From assembly GCA_902589095.1 (NCBI GenBank), contig CACIRR010000001.1, forward strand, positions 17,627-81,626: a stretch of 64,000 nt of DNA, written 5' to 3'. The position numbers and the translations under genes are program-made. This DNA is from an uncultured Alphaproteobacteria bacterium. Its GTDB lineage: Bacteria; Pseudomonadota; Alphaproteobacteria; HIMB59; GCA-002718135. Within the stretch, counting starts at the first letter, position 1. Each line of letters opens with the position of its first letter. Below the pieces are notes generated by a model, which saw only the letters and a list, made by a program, of their open reading frames with translations, had not been told where the DNA came from and searched no databases. This document shows positions 27,678-38,956 of the stretch, piece after piece.

Positions 27678-28579
27678 TGTTTGGTCTAAATAAATTAATA
27701 CCTGTTAACTCTGATTATAAATTTTTAAACTACAGAAAAAATTTTTATATAGCTTCTGGTTTTGCTATTTTACTATCTTTAGTTCTCTTATTTTTTAAAG
27801 GATTAAATTTAGGTATTGATTTTAAAGGCGGTACTTTAATTGAAGTTAGTACCCAAAATACTAATATTGGTGAATTACGTGATATTCTATCTCCAAATTT
27901 TAATGAAGTTTCTCTTCAAGAATTTGGTGACGAAAATACTATAATAATTAGATTACAAAATGAAAATAATCAGGAAAGTATTGAAACAGTTAATAAGGTT
28001 AAGCAATTAATTAATGATAAGGTGCAAGAGTTTAGAAGATCAGAATTTGTAGGTCCTACAATTAGTTCTGAATTATTATGGAAAGGTTTTCAGGCTGTAT
28101 CTTTTGCTTTATTTGCTATTTTAATTTACATCTGGTTGAGATTTGAATGGCAGTTTGGTTTTGGAGCGGTAGTCGCCTTAACCCATGATGTACTTTTTAC
28201 TTTAGGCGTTTTGTCAATTTTGAATGTAGAATTTTCTTTATCCACAATTGCAGCTGTATTAACAATAGCGGGATATTCAATAAATGATACTGTTGTAATT
28301 TTTGACAGAGTCAGAGAAAACTTAAGGAAGTATAAAAAACTTGAACTCTTAGATTTGTTTAATTTATCAATTAATAATACTCTTTCAAGAACTGTTATGA
28401 CTAGTATTACGACACTATTAGCATTGTTATCACTTTATATTTTTGGTGGTGAGGTTATTAAACCTTTTGCTTTAACAATGATTATTGGTGTATTAATAGG
28501 AACTTATTCATCAATATTTATTGCGGTCCCAACTTTATTAGTTTTTAAGTTCAGACCGCAAGAAGAAGATGAAAGTTAG
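27677..28579 (+). CDS. secF: Protein translocase subunit SecF
   Basis: 300 aa with GIDFKGGT and GYSINDTVVIFDRVRE motifs. Confidence 0.95.
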   Translation: MFGLNKLIPVNSDYKFLNYRKNFYIASGFAILLSLVLLFFKGLNLGIDFKGGTLIEVSTQNTNIGELRDILSPNFNEVSLQEFGDENTIIIRLQNENNQESIETVNKVKQLINDKVQEFRRSEFVGPTISSELLWKGFQAVSFALFAILIYIWLRFEWQFGFGAVVALTHDVLFTLGVLSILNVEFSLSTIAAVLTIAGYSINDTVVIFDRVRENLRKYKKLELLDLFNLSINNTLSRTVMTSITTLLALLSLYIFGGEVIKPFALTMIIGVLIGTYSSIFIAVPTLLVFKFRPQEEDES

Positions 28580-28580
28580 C

Positions 28581-29180
28581 TTAAGCGCTATTTAAGAAAT
28601 TTTCTGTAACTTTTTCCCAGTTAACCATATTGTCAACGAATGCTTTTAAGTAATCAGGTCTTCTATTTCTATAATCAACATAATAAGAATGCTCCCAGAC
28701 ATCACAACCTAAAAGGGGAGTATGACCATGTACTATAGGGTTTTCTGCATTAGGAGTTTTGGTGATTTCAAGCTTACCACCATTTAATACAAGCCAACAC
28801 CATCCTGAACCAAACTGTCCAATACCAGCATTTATAAATGCTTCTTTCATTGCTTCAACTGATCCTAAATCTTCATTAATTTTATTTTCTAATTCAGAAG
28901 GTATTTTACCTTCTGGGTTATTTTTCATAATTTCCCAAAAATGGATGTGATTTAAGTGTTGTGAAACATTGTTAAATACAGGTGCATTTTTATTGTATGT
29001 ATTTTTAACAATATCTTCTATCGAATCTTCACTTAAATTATTTTCTTTAATAAATTTATTACCATTAGTGACATATGCCATGTGATGTTTGTCATGATGC
29101 AACTCTAAAGTTTCAGCAGACATATAAGGTGCAAGAGCATCTTTGCTATAAGGTAAATCAGGCAACTCTAAATTTATCAT
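28581..29180 (-). CDS. sodB: Fe/Mn superoxide dismutase
   Basis: 199 aa with HHDKHH and DVWEHSYY metal-ligand motifs. Metal specificity cannot be decided from sequence alone. Confidence 0.93.
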   Translation of the reverse strand: MINLELPDLPYSKDALAPYMSAETLELHHDKHHMAYVTNGNKFIKENNLSEDSIEDIVKNTYNKNAPVFNNVSQHLNHIHFWEIMKNNPEGKIPSELENKINEDLGSVEAMKEAFINAGIGQFGSGWCWLVLNGGKLEITKTPNAENPIVHGHTPLLGCDVWEHSYYVDYRNRRPDYLKAFVDNMVNWEKVTENFLNSA

Positions 29181-29194
29181 TTTTAATCCTTTAT

Positions 29195-31999
29195 TTATAA
29201 AATTTTTTTTAAGAAACTACCTGTAAAGCTTTTTTTACTATTTGCAATATCTTCAGGTGATCCCTTTGCTATGATTTCTCCTCCTTTAACACCTCCAAGT
29301 GGCCCTAGATCAATAATGTAATCTGCTGTTTTGATAACATCTAAATTATGCTCAATAACAATAACGGTATTACCTTCATCTACTAAAGTGTGTAATATTT
29401 TTAGTAACTTGTTAACATCATCAAAATGTAAACCAGTTGTTGGCTCATCTAATATATATAGAGTTTTTCCAGTTGATCTTTTGGATAATTCTTTTGATAG
29501 TTTTATTCTTTGAGCTTCTCCACCTGAAAGAGTGGTCGCCGATTGTCCAATTTTAATATAATCTAATCCCACATCAACTAGAGTTTTTAATTTTTGTTTA
29601 ATTGAAGGTATTTTAGAAAAAAAATTATAACCTTCTTCTACCGTCATATCCAATACATCTGCAATGGATTTATTGTTATATTTAACTTCTAATGTTTCTC
29701 GATTATATCTTTTACCTTTACAGATGTCACATTCAACATAAACATCTGCCAAAAAATGCATTTCAATCTTTTTGACACCATCACCTTCACAAGACTCACA
29801 TCTTCCCCCTTTAACATTAAAAGAAAAGCGTCCAGGCTTATATCCTCTTGCATTTGATTCATTTAAACCAGCATACCAATCTCTAATAGGCGTGAAACAA
29901 CCTGTATATGTTGCTGGATTAGATCTTGGCGTTCTGCCAATAGGAGATTGATCTATATCAATAACTTTATCAATATTTTTTATACCTTTAATATTGAAAT
30001 AACTCTCTTCTTTATTCAGTGATTTGTTAAAATATTCATCAAGTCTTTTATATAGAGTATCAATTATTAATGATGATTTTCCACTTCCAGACACTCCTGT
30101 GACACAAATAAAATTACCCAAAGGAAATTTTACTTCTAAATTATTAAGATTATTTGTTTTAATTTTTTGAAGAGTGAAAATTTTATTTTTATTAAATTTT
30201 CTTCTTTGATCAGGTATTTTAATTTCTTTTTTTTTATTTAGATATTGGGCAGTTAAACTTTTAGTATTTTTAAGTATATTTTTTAAACTTCCTTGTGCCA
30301 CAACTTCACCACCATGAATTCCAGCCTTCACACCAATATCAATTACATGATCAGATTGCTTTATTGCATCTTCATCATGCTCTACAACTATCACTGTATT
30401 ACCAAGATCTCTTAATTTAAAAAGTGTATTAATTAATTGTTGATTATCTTTTTGATGCAATCCAATTGAGGGTTCGTCTAACACGTATAATACACCAGTT
30501 AATCCTGATCCAATTTGACTGGCTAATCTAATTCTTTGACTCTCTCCACCTGATAAGCTTTTACTTGCTCTAGCTAAAGATAAATAATCAAGTCCAACTT
30601 TATTTAAAAATTCTAACCTATCTTTTATTTCTTTGATTACACCTTCTGCTATTTTGTTCTCATTATCTGATAGATTTTTATGTATTTTATTAAACCATGC
30701 ATAGCAATCATCAATTGATTTTTTTGTAATTTCTCCAATGTGATTTCCTGTTATTTTAACTGATAAAGCTTTTTCATTTAGCCTGTAACCTTTACATACT
30801 TCACAATCTCTCTCAGATAGATATTTTTCTAATTCATATTGAACCCACCATCTTTCTGTTTCAGAATATTTTCTATCGATAAAATTTATTATACCTTCAA
30901 AATCTCTAACAAATAATAGGTCGCTGTTTTCATCACCATAAAGTATAATTTCTTGTATATTCTTAGGTATTTTGTACCAAGGGGTGCTAATATTAACTTT
31001 ATAATTTTTTAAAATTTTTGATATTGTTTCAACAAAAAACTTTTTCTGGTAACCAAAAACTTTGGTTTCCCATGGTTTTATTGCACCCTTTAAAATTGAT
31101 CTTGAGTCGTCAGGAATAATCTTTTTTTCATCAAAAAATTTTTCTATTCCAATTCCATCACATTCGTTACAAGCTCCCATTGGAGCATTAAAACTAAATA
31201 GTCGTGGCTCAATTTCTTCTATAGAAAAACCAGACACCGGACACGCAAATTTTGATGAGTATGTCGTTATCTTTTTTGTGTCCAAGTTTTCAAGATAAAT
31301 TAAGCCATCTGATAATGCTAAACCTATTTCAATGCTTTCCGCTAATCTTTGTTGAATGTTTTTTTTTACAACTAATCTATCTACAAGAACATCTATATTA
31401 TGTTTAAAATTTTTTTTTAATTTTGGAACTTCATCAATTTCATAAATTGTTCCATCAACTTTTAATCTTTGATATCCTTTCTTTTTTAATTCTTCTATTT
31501 CTTTCCTATATTCACCTTTTCTATCTCTTACTATGGGTGAGAGAATGTAAGCTTTACTCCCGTCATTATTATCTAGTATGCTATCACATATTTCACTAAC
31601 ACTTTGTGATTTGATCGGCAATCCTGTAGCTGGAGAATAAGGAATACCAACCCTGGCAAAGAGAACTCTTAAATAGTCATAAATTTCGGTGACGGTACCA
31701 ACTGTACTCCTTGGATTTTTTTGTGTTGTTTTTTGCTCAATAGAAATAGCTGGTGATAAGCCATCAATTGAGTCAACATCTGGCTTATTCATCATTTGCA
31801 AAAACTGTCTTGCATAAGCAGACAGACTTTCAACATATTTCCTTTGTCCTTCAGAATAAATAGTGTCAAATGCTAACGTAGATTTACCTGACCCACTTAC
31901 TCCGGTAATAACTACAAATTTGTTTTTAGGAATCTCAAGACTAATATTTTTTAAATTGTGCTCTCTTGCACCTTTAATAACAATTTTGTCTTGATTCAT
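29195..31999 (-). CDS. uvrA: Excinuclease ABC subunit A
   Basis: 934 aa with two ABC modules (GVSGSGKS twice, LSGGE twice) and zinc-finger Cys clusters. Confidence 0.97.
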   Translation of the reverse strand: MNQDKIVIKGAREHNLKNISLEIPKNKFVVITGVSGSGKSTLAFDTIYSEGQRKYVESLSAYARQFLQMMNKPDVDSIDGLSPAISIEQKTTQKNPRSTVGTVTEIYDYLRVLFARVGIPYSPATGLPIKSQSVSEICDSILDNNDGSKAYILSPIVRDRKGEYRKEIEELKKKGYQRLKVDGTIYEIDEVPKLKKNFKHNIDVLVDRLVVKKNIQQRLAESIEIGLALSDGLIYLENLDTKKITTYSSKFACPVSGFSIEEIEPRLFSFNAPMGACNECDGIGIEKFFDEKKIIPDDSRSILKGAIKPWETKVFGYQKKFFVETISKILKNYKVNISTPWYKIPKNIQEIILYGDENSDLLFVRDFEGIINFIDRKYSETERWWVQYELEKYLSERDCEVCKGYRLNEKALSVKITGNHIGEITKKSIDDCYAWFNKIHKNLSDNENKIAEGVIKEIKDRLEFLNKVGLDYLSLARASKSLSGGESQRIRLASQIGSGLTGVLYVLDEPSIGLHQKDNQQLINTLFKLRDLGNTVIVVEHDEDAIKQSDHVIDIGVKAGIHGGEVVAQGSLKNILKNTKSLTAQYLNKKKEIKIPDQRRKFNKNKIFTLQKIKTNNLNNLEVKFPLGNFICVTGVSGSGKSSLIIDTLYKRLDEYFNKSLNKEESYFNIKGIKNIDKVIDIDQSPIGRTPRSNPATYTGCFTPIRDWYAGLNESNARGYKPGRFSFNVKGGRCESCEGDGVKKIEMHFLADVYVECDICKGKRYNRETLEVKYNNKSIADVLDMTVEEGYNFFSKIPSIKQKLKTLVDVGLDYIKIGQSATTLSGGEAQRIKLSKELSKRSTGKTLYILDEPTTGLHFDDVNKLLKILHTLVDEGNTVIVIEHNLDVIKTADYIIDLGPLGGVKGGEIIAKGSPEDIANSKKSFTGSFLKKIL

Positions 32000-32055
32000 T
32001 GAATTACTGATAGTTTATTTATATAATTTGTTATAAAGATATATATAGAAAATCT

Positions 32056-32526
32056 ATGGTTGGTAGTGTTAATAAAGTTATTTTGCTAGGGAGGTTAGGT
32101 AAGGATCCTGACATAAGATCAATGCAAAATGGAAAAAAAATTGCTAATTTTAGTATAGCAACTTCAAAGCGTTGGACTGATAGAGATACTCAAGAAAAAA
32201 AAGAAAAAACTTCTTGGCACAATGTTGTAGTGTTTAATGAGGGTTTAGTTGGAATAGTTGAGCAATATGTAAAAAAAGGATCCCAAATCTATGTTGAGGG
32301 CGAATTACAAACTCGTAAATGGCAGGATCAAGAAGGAAAAGATAGGTACACAACCGAGGTTGTTCTTCAAAATTATACTGGTAATCTAACTCTTCTAGGC
32401 TCAAGAAATCAATCTGATGCAATTGAAAATCAGACATCATCAATGGATAACAACTCAGTTTCTGATGACTCCTTTGGAGAAATGACAAGTGATTCTACTG
32501 ATTTGGATGAAGATATTCCTTTTTAA
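32056..32526 (+). CDS. ssb: Single-stranded DNA-binding protein
   Basis: 156 aa with an OB-fold N-terminus (NKVILLGRLGKDP...TSWHNVVVF) and acidic tail DEDIPF. Confidence 0.95.
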   Translation: MVGSVNKVILLGRLGKDPDIRSMQNGKKIANFSIATSKRWTDRDTQEKKEKTSWHNVVVFNEGLVGIVEQYVKKGSQIYVEGELQTRKWQDQEGKDRYTTEVVLQNYTGNLTLLGSRNQSDAIENQTSSMDNNSVSDDSFGEMTSDSTDLDEDIPF

Positions 32527-32666
32527 TTATAAACTTTAAATTAATAAATTAAATAGCTGATAAATATAAATAATTTATTCTAATTATTGAATTTAATAAG
32601 ATTGTATTAATATTGCATATTTGCTATAAATTTTTTTTAAATTTCGCAGAAAACCAGTAAAAATCA

Positions 32667-35333
32667 GTGTCAGATAACAATATAAGTTCGGATAACGAGT
32701 CACCAAGTAATATTTCTAATATTTCCTTAGTAGAGGAAATGAAAAAATCATACCTCGATTATGCGATGTCTGTCATAGTCAGCAGAGCTCTCCCAGATTG
32801 CAGGGATGGATTAAAACCAGTTCATCGAAGAATATTGTATTCTATGAATGAGTCTGGTTACAATTACAATAAACCATATCGAAAATCAGCAAGGATTGTT
32901 GGGGATGTTATGGGTAAATATCATCCTCATGGTGATGGAGCTATTTATCAATCAATGGTTCGTATGGCTCAAGATTTTTCGATGAGATTAGAGTTGATAG
33001 ATGGTCAAGGTAATTTTGGCTCTCTTGATGGCGATCCACCAGCTGCAATGCGATATACAGAAGCAAGACTATCAAAGGTGTCTGAAAAAATAGTAACTGA
33101 CTTAGAGAAAGAAACAATTAGTTTTCAACCTAACTATGATGACAGCACAAAAGAACCAACTGTATTACCTGCTCAGTACCCTAACTTACTTGTTAATGGC
33201 GCTTCAGGAATTGCTGTTGGAATGGCAACCAATATTGCACCACATAATTTAGGTGAGGTTATTGATGCAACTTTACACCTTATCGAAAATCCAGACTCAG
33301 ATCTTCATGATCTCATTAAATTTATTCATGGTCCTGATTTTCCAACTGGAGGTCAAATAATTGGTAAAAAGGGAATAATTGATGCTTTTGAAACAGGTAA
33401 AGGGGGAGTAGTTTTAAGATCTAAGACTTCTATTGAAACTTTTAAAAAGGATAGAGAAGCGATAGTTATTCATGAAATACCATACCAAGTTAACAAATCT
33501 AAACTAATCGAAAAAATTGCTGAAACGGTAAAAAACAATATTATTGAGGGTATCTCAGATTTAAGAGACGAGTCTGATCGTAATGGTGTTCGAGTAGTAA
33601 TTGAGTTAAAAAAAGATGTAGACGCTAATATTATTTTAAACCAATTATATAAACACACACTTCTACAAACTACGTTTAACTCAAATATGTTGGCTTTGAA
33701 TAAAGGTAAGCCTGAGCAAATGAATCTCAAAGATATGTTAAGCGCTTTCATTGATTTTAGAGAAGAGGTTATCACTAAAAGAACAATATTTGATTTGAAT
33801 AAAGCAAGAGATAAGGCTCATATTTTAATAGGCTTAGTAGTTGCAAATGCCAATATAGATGAAATTATAAATTTAATTAAAGCATCAAAAGACTCTAAAG
33901 AGGCGAGAGAAAAACTAATCAAGAAAAAATGGGAATTAAGTGAAAAAAATTTAAATTTTATTCGGTTAGTTGATGATGAAAATACTCAAGTTGAAAAAAA
34001 CATATTTCAATTTACTGAGGCGCAAGCAAAAGCAATTCTTGAATTAAGATTACATCGCCTAACTTCATTAGAGAGAGATGATATTCAAAAAGATTTGGAG
34101 CAATTAATTTTAGAAATAAAAAAATATCTTGATATTTTGCAATCTAGATCAAAACTATTGAATGAAATAAAGAAAGAATTAAATGAAATAAAAAAAGAAT
34201 TTGCTACACCGCGAAAAAGTGAAATCATTGATAGAGAATATGAAGAAGTTGATGATCTAAAATATATCCAAAAAGAAGACATAGTAATTACTATTTCTAA
34301 TAATGGATATATTAAACGGTCACTTCTTGAAAATTATAGAGCTCAAAATAGAGGTGGCAAAGGTAAAACAGGAATGTCAACTAGAGAAGAAGATTTTGTC
34401 AAAGAAATACATCTGGCAGATACTCATACAAGACTTTTGGTTTTTTCATCACTAGGAAAAGTTTATTCTCTTAAATCACATGACATACCTGAGGCATCTT
34501 TAAAAGCCAGAGGTAAGCCAATTGTTAATTTGTTGCCTTTTTCCAATGATGAAAAAATTGCAACTTTCCTGCCATTACCTTTGGAAGAAAGTTCTTGGTC
34601 TGATAATTTAATTATTTTTGCAACTAAAAATGGAATGGTTAGAAAAAATAAACTAATTGATGTTGCTAAAAGTGGTAAACGAGAATTAAGAGAGAGTGGA
34701 AAGCTTGCCATTAAACTTGATTCAAAAGATCAGCTTATAGGAATCAAATTAGCTAACCCTGAAGATGATATTTTGTTATCAACTAAAAATGGAAAATGTT
34801 TAAGATTTCCTCTTGAAAAGTTAAGATTATTTTCAGGATTAAATTCTTCAGGTGTAAGAGGTATAAACCTAGAAAAAAACAATTATGTAATCTCTCAGGC
34901 AATATTAAAACATTCAAAAATAGATATAAATATTAGACAAGAATACCTCAGAGCTGCATCTGAAAATAGAAAAAGTACTGGCAGTCTTAAAGCTGAATTT
35001 AACGAACTCAATTTAAATGAAGAATTCCTTTTAGCTTTAACAACCAATGGTTATGGCAAAAGATCTTCAGCCTATGAATATAGAATATCAAATAGAGGAG
35101 GAAAAGGTATTACTGGCATTTTAACAACAGAAAAAAATGGTGAGGTAATTGATTGCTTTGTCGTAGAAGAAAATGATCAAATAATATTAGTAACTGATAA
35201 AGGTCAAATTATACGTGTAAATGTTAATCAAATCAGGATAGCTGGTAGATCAACTAAAGGAGTTAGTGTATTTAAAATACCAGATTCAGACTCCATAGTT
35301 TCTGTTTCTAGAATACAAGATATTGAAAATTAG
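32667..35333 (+). CDS. gyrA: DNA gyrase subunit A
   Basis: 888 aa with a GTG start. It has the catalytic [10 protein letters not shown], a QRDR-equivalent [17 protein letters not shown], and C-terminal beta-pinwheel repeats. Confidence 0.97.
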   Translation: MSDNNISSDNESPSNISNISLVEEMKKSYLDYAMSVIVSRALPDCRDGLKPVHRRILYSMNESGYNYNKPYRKSARIVGDVMGKYHPHGDGAIYQSMVRMAQDFSMRLELIDGQGNFGSLDGDPPAAMRYTEARLSKVSEKIVTDLEKETISFQPNYDDSTKEPTVLPAQYPNLLVNGASGIAVGMATNIAPHNLGEVIDATLHLIENPDSDLHDLIKFIHGPDFPTGGQIIGKKGIIDAFETGKGGVVLRSKTSIETFKKDREAIVIHEIPYQVNKSKLIEKIAETVKNNIIEGISDLRDESDRNGVRVVIELKKDVDANIILNQLYKHTLLQTTFNSNMLALNKGKPEQMNLKDMLSAFIDFREEVITKRTIFDLNKARDKAHILIGLVVANANIDEIINLIKASKDSKEAREKLIKKKWELSEKNLNFIRLVDDENTQVEKNIFQFTEAQAKAILELRLHRLTSLERDDIQKDLEQLILEIKKYLDILQSRSKLLNEIKKELNEIKKEFATPRKSEIIDREYEEVDDLKYIQKEDIVITISNNGYIKRSLLENYRAQNRGGKGKTGMSTREEDFVKEIHLADTHTRLLVFSSLGKVYSLKSHDIPEASLKARGKPIVNLLPFSNDEKIATFLPLPLEESSWSDNLIIFATKNGMVRKNKLIDVAKSGKRELRESGKLAIKLDSKDQLIGIKLANPEDDILLSTKNGKCLRFPLEKLRLFSGLNSSGVRGINLEKNNYVISQAILKHSKIDINIRQEYLRAASENRKSTGSLKAEFNELNLNEEFLLALTTNGYGKRSSAYEYRISNRGGKGITGILTTEKNGEVIDCFVVEENDQIILVTDKGQIIRVNVNQIRIAGRSTKGVSVFKIPDSDSIVSVSRIQDIEN

Positions 35334-35334
35334 T

Positions 35335-35826
35335 ATGTCCAAAATTGGTATATATCCTGGCACTTTTGACCCAATGACAAATGGCCATTTAAATATAATT
35401 AAAAGATCACTAAAAATAGTTGATATGCTTATAATCGGTGTAGCAGACAATCAAAATAAAACCCCCTTATTAAGTATTGAGGAAAGAAAAGAAATAATTG
35501 AAAATGATTTAAAGGCAGAAAAGTTAGATAATAGTAAAATTACCATTTTATCTGTTCAAGGTCTTTTAACTGAATTTGCAAAATCTCATAATGCAAACTG
35601 TATTATTCGAGGTTTAAGAGCTGTTTCTGATTTTGAATATGAATTTCAAATGACGGGAATGAATTATCAACTTAGTCCAGATATCGAGACAGTTTTTTTA
35701 ATGTCTTCTGATAATAATTCTTTTATTTCATCTAACTTAGTTAAAGAAGTTCATAAACTGGGTGGTGATGTATCTAAATTTGTTTCAAAAAATACGATCA
35801 AAATTTTAAATCGTAAAAACTCTTGA
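35335..35826 (+). CDS. coaD: Phosphopantetheine adenylyltransferase
   Basis: GIYPGTFDPMTNGH (T/HxGH nucleotidyltransferase motif). The ATG at 35335 (2 nt after the gyrA stop) is preferred over the TTG at 35323. Confidence 0.9.
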   Translation: MSKIGIYPGTFDPMTNGHLNIIKRSLKIVDMLIIGVADNQNKTPLLSIEERKEIIENDLKAEKLDNSKITILSVQGLLTEFAKSHNANCIIRGLRAVSDFEYEFQMTGMNYQLSPDIETVFLMSSDNNSFISSNLVKEVHKLGGDVSKFVSKNTIKILNRKNS

Positions 35827-35835
35827 TCATAGGTC

Positions 35836-35864
35836 TTGCGTTCATGAATTTTGAACTATATAGA
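35836..35864 (+). promoter_or_regulatory. Possible sigma-70 promoter for tRNA-Lys
   Basis: TTGCGT (35836-35841), a 17-nt spacer, then TATAGA (35859-35864), about 12 nt before the tRNA 5' end. This is weak evidence in AT-rich DNA. Confidence 0.3.
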
Positions 35865-35876
35865 CTTCAAAGTGAT

Positions 35877-35952
<76 letters not shown>

Positions 35953-35959
35953 TTATTCA

Positions 35960-36142
35960 ATGAAACAAACCATCATTAAAAATATTGCCACTGGAATAAC
36001 AAAAAAGTGCGATATTCTCAAAAAAAATGATAATTTTTTAGAAGTAGTTCTTGAAGGTACTACAATTAAAATAACATTAAAAAAAAAGGGTGAAATTTAT
36101 GTTGGCTTATTTAAGGACATGGAGTTCACGTCTCAGGGTTAG
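35960..36142 (+). CDS. Hypothetical small protein (60 aa)
   Basis: The track ORF 35918-36142 starts inside the tRNA. The internal ATG at 35960 gives MKQTIIKN.... It has no recognisable motif, and its 3' end overlaps the convergent gene by 17 nt. Confidence 0.3.
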   Translation: MKQTIIKNIATGITKKCDILKKNDNFLEVVLEGTTIKITLKKKGEIYVGLFKDMEFTSQG

Positions 36143-36587
36143 CATAACCATTTAAAATTGAAATTTCATTGTCATAATCCTCTTTTAGGTACTTTTTTAT
36201 TAACTTAGAGCTTATTTTTTTACCTTTACCAATACCAGGACAATTAACCGATATATCTTCATTCCAAGTTTTTGCATTCATATTTTCATTCCAAAAAGGC
36301 CATGTTCTGCATTGAGATGGTCTAGATTCATAAACTGTACATTTATAATTTTTAAGAAACAAGCACTTACCATTTAAACTATTCTTCTCAGCAAGATGAA
36401 TATAACCGTCAGTTGTTTGGCAATATTTTTTTTTGAAATGTTCAATTGGTAAATTAAAATGTTTAGCAAATCTTGTTAAATCATTTTTGCTTAAATATAC
36501 AAACCCATATGATCCTCTTGATATACAACAATTGCCAGAGCTCTGACATTTAAATTTTATTCCATTTTTATAATTTATTTTTGACAT
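36126..36587 (-). CDS. YkgJ-family Cys-cluster (zinc/iron-chelating, CxxCxxCC-type) protein
   Basis: 153 aa with an N-terminal Cys cluster KCQSSGNCC and later Cys residues spaced as in the UPF0153/YkgJ family. Confidence 0.7.
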   Translation of the reverse strand: MSKINYKNGIKFKCQSSGNCCISRGSYGFVYLSKNDLTRFAKHFNLPIEHFKKKYCQTTDGYIHLAEKNSLNGKCLFLKNYKCTVYESRPSQCRTWPFWNENMNAKTWNEDISVNCPGIGKGKKISSKLIKKYLKEDYDNEISILNGYANPET

Positions 36588-38671
36588 TAGCCCGCACCTA
36601 AAGTTTTAATCGCTGTATCTCTTTCATGTATGTATAGTAAATTTTTTAAGTTTTGATTTTTATCTTTTAAAAGTTTTGGATCATCACTGATCACATTATC
36701 TGCCTCTATTTTAGCTTCTTCCAGTAAATCACTATCAAAACTAAGATCAGCCACATTAAAAGAGGGTAAACCAGACTGTTTTTTTCCTAATATTTCACCC
36801 GGGCCTCTAATTATTAAATCTTCCTCAGCAATTTTAAAACCATCATTAGTTTCAGTCATAATTTGTATTCTTTTTTTTGCAGTATCGCCTAAATTTTCTT
36901 TATGCAGAAGAATACAAAATGACTCTTGATTATTTCTGCCAACCCTACCTCTTAATTGATGTAATTGCGCCAAACCAAATCTTTCAGCGTGTTCAATTAT
37001 TATTGTAGTAGCTGATTTTATATCAATTCCAACCTCTATTACTGTTGTTGCAACAAGTATTCTAAAATCTTCATTTTTAAATTTTTCCATTATATTTTCT
37101 TTTTCTTTTTCATTCAGTTGACCATGAATGAGAAGAACTTTATTTTTAAATATTTTGTTCAGGTTATTGAATCTTTCGGTAGCAGCTTTTAGATCAAGTT
37201 CTTGAGACTCTTCTATTAATGGACAGACCCAAAAAAATTTTTCAGATGTTTTTTGAATTTTATTACTAATTCTATCAATTAGTTGTTTTTCTTTTTTTAA
37301 ACTTAAACCTGAAGTCATAATTGGTTTTCTGCCAATTGGTTTGTCAATTAATCTACTTTCATCCATATCTCCATAGGCAGCCAATGTGAGAGTTCTTGGA
37401 ATTGGAGTTGCACTCATGACAAGTATTGAAGGTCGAAACCCCTTGTAATTAAAAGCTAATCTCTGATAGACTCCAAATCGATGTTGTTCATCAATTATGG
37501 ATAAGCCTAAATTTTTAAACGTTACTCCTTCTTGAATAAGAGCGTGCGTACCGACAATTAATTCTACTTCTCCATCACGAATTTTTTCTAATTTTTCCTT
37601 TCTAATTTTACCTTTATCTTTGCCAGTTAAAAGAGTAATTTTGATGGACAAATTCTCTAGTAATATTGAAATATTTTCATAATGTTGATAGGCAAGAATG
37701 CTGGTTGGGGCCATAAAAGCACATTGAAAGCCTGACTCAATTACAGTTAGCATTGAAGCAAGAGCCACAATAGTTTTTCCTGAACCTACATCGCCTTGTA
37801 ATAATCTTATCATTTGAGTATTTGATTCTAAGTCAGTTTTAATTTCTTCTAAAACTTTTGTTTGCGATTTAGTTAATTGAAAAGGTAAATTTTTAATTAA
37901 ATTATTTTTTAAGTTATTGTTATTTTTAAATGCTACTGATTTTTTTTTACTATCAATAAGTCTTATAATTGCAATTGCTAATTGATGTGCATATAACTCA
38001 TCAAAAGCCAACCGCCTTCTAAAGACATTTTTATCGGCAAATGTATCTTCTATTTCAGGATTATGCAATTTTTCTATGGAATCTTTCCAGTTAAAGAATT
38101 TATATTGTTTTAAAATTCTACTATTAATCCACTCTTCTAAATTTGGAAGCGATGATAAAACCTGTTTTGATATTTTTGTAAAATATTTCAAATTTAGTCC
38201 AGCTGTTAAACTGTAGATCGGCTCTCTTTCCCTTAATAATTGAATTTTAGTTACATCCTCTACGGTTGAAGGATGAGTAATTTGGAATTTATTTCTAAAA
38301 AATTCTAATTTTCCTGAAATCATTCTAAAAGATTTGACTGGTAAAATTGATCTAATTACAGGATGTCTTGCATTAAAATAAACGATATCTATTGGTGTTT
38401 CGTTTGCAACACAACTTACTTTATATGGCTGTCTTCTAAATCTTGATGGATTGTGTTTAAGAACTTCTACTTTTAAAGTTACTAAAGTGTTTATTGGGGC
38501 ATCATGGATATTATCATAATATTTTTTTTCTATTATTTTGTATGGAAAATGCCATAAGAAATGAATATTTAATGAAATTCCAAGTTTATTAATTATATTT
38601 TCTATTTTGGGGCCAACGCCCTTTAATTTATTGATTGGTGAAAGTAATAAGTCTAAATGTGCTGGTTTCAT
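36587..38671 (-). CDS. recG: ATP-dependent DNA helicase RecG
   Basis: 694 aa with a wedge domain plus helicase motifs GDVGSGKT and DEQHRFG, and QLHQLRGRVGR. Confidence 0.95.
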   Translation of the reverse strand: MKPAHLDLLLSPINKLKGVGPKIENIINKLGISLNIHFLWHFPYKIIEKKYYDNIHDAPINTLVTLKVEVLKHNPSRFRRQPYKVSCVANETPIDIVYFNARHPVIRSILPVKSFRMISGKLEFFRNKFQITHPSTVEDVTKIQLLREREPIYSLTAGLNLKYFTKISKQVLSSLPNLEEWINSRILKQYKFFNWKDSIEKLHNPEIEDTFADKNVFRRRLAFDELYAHQLAIAIIRLIDSKKKSVAFKNNNNLKNNLIKNLPFQLTKSQTKVLEEIKTDLESNTQMIRLLQGDVGSGKTIVALASMLTVIESGFQCAFMAPTSILAYQHYENISILLENLSIKITLLTGKDKGKIRKEKLEKIRDGEVELIVGTHALIQEGVTFKNLGLSIIDEQHRFGVYQRLAFNYKGFRPSILVMSATPIPRTLTLAAYGDMDESRLIDKPIGRKPIMTSGLSLKKEKQLIDRISNKIQKTSEKFFWVCPLIEESQELDLKAATERFNNLNKIFKNKVLLIHGQLNEKEKENIMEKFKNEDFRILVATTVIEVGIDIKSATTIIIEHAERFGLAQLHQLRGRVGRNNQESFCILLHKENLGDTAKKRIQIMTETNDGFKIAEEDLIIRGPGEILGKKQSGLPSFNVADLSFDSDLLEEAKIEADNVISDDPKLLKDKNQNLKNLLYIHERDTAIKTLGAG

Positions 38672-38682
38672 AGAATATATAA

Positions 38683-38952
38683 ATGTTTATATTATATTCT
38701 ATTAAAGATCATATGACATTAAATTCACTCAAAAAAATAATAAAATATAGAGCTAATTATTCCGGCACTAAAGAAACAGATATATTATATGAAAAGTTTT
38801 TTATCAAAAACTTAGATAAATTTAGTAACGAGGATTTGATATTATTAAAATCATTATTTGACACTTATTCTGATGATGAAATTTATTCAATTTTAGCAAA
38901 AAAAACTCAACCAAATAACAAATTTATGAAACTCTTTAATAAAATAATATGA
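38683..38952 (+). CDS. sdhE: Succinate dehydrogenase flavinylation factor SdhE (DUF339/SdhAF2 family)
   Basis: The small protein between recG and mfd is a conserved alphaproteobacterial arrangement. The pattern YRANYSGTKETDILYEKF...SNEDL resembles the SdhE R-G-x-x-E-x-D motif. The true start may be ATG 38713. Confidence 0.65.
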   Translation: MFILYSIKDHMTLNSLKKIIKYRANYSGTKETDILYEKFFIKNLDKFSNEDLILLKSLFDTYSDDEIYSILAKKTQPNNKFMKLFNKII

Positions 38953-38956
38953 GATT

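Noticed and set aside
32000-32055. An SOS (LexA) operator between the divergent uvrA and ssb genes.
   Set aside because: No GTTC-N7-GTTC / GAAC-N7-GAAC direct repeat (the alphaproteobacterial LexA box) and no CTGT-N8-ACAG palindrome is present in the spacer.
34158-34199. An imperfect 21-bp tandem duplication inside gyrA (ttgaatgaaataaagaaagaa / ttaaatgaaataaaaaaagaa), encoding LNEIKKE twice.
   Set aside because: It lies in the coiled-coil linker of GyrA, where Lys/Glu-rich heptad-like repeats are normal. It is in frame, only two units long, and has no sign of being a regulatory or mobile repeat.
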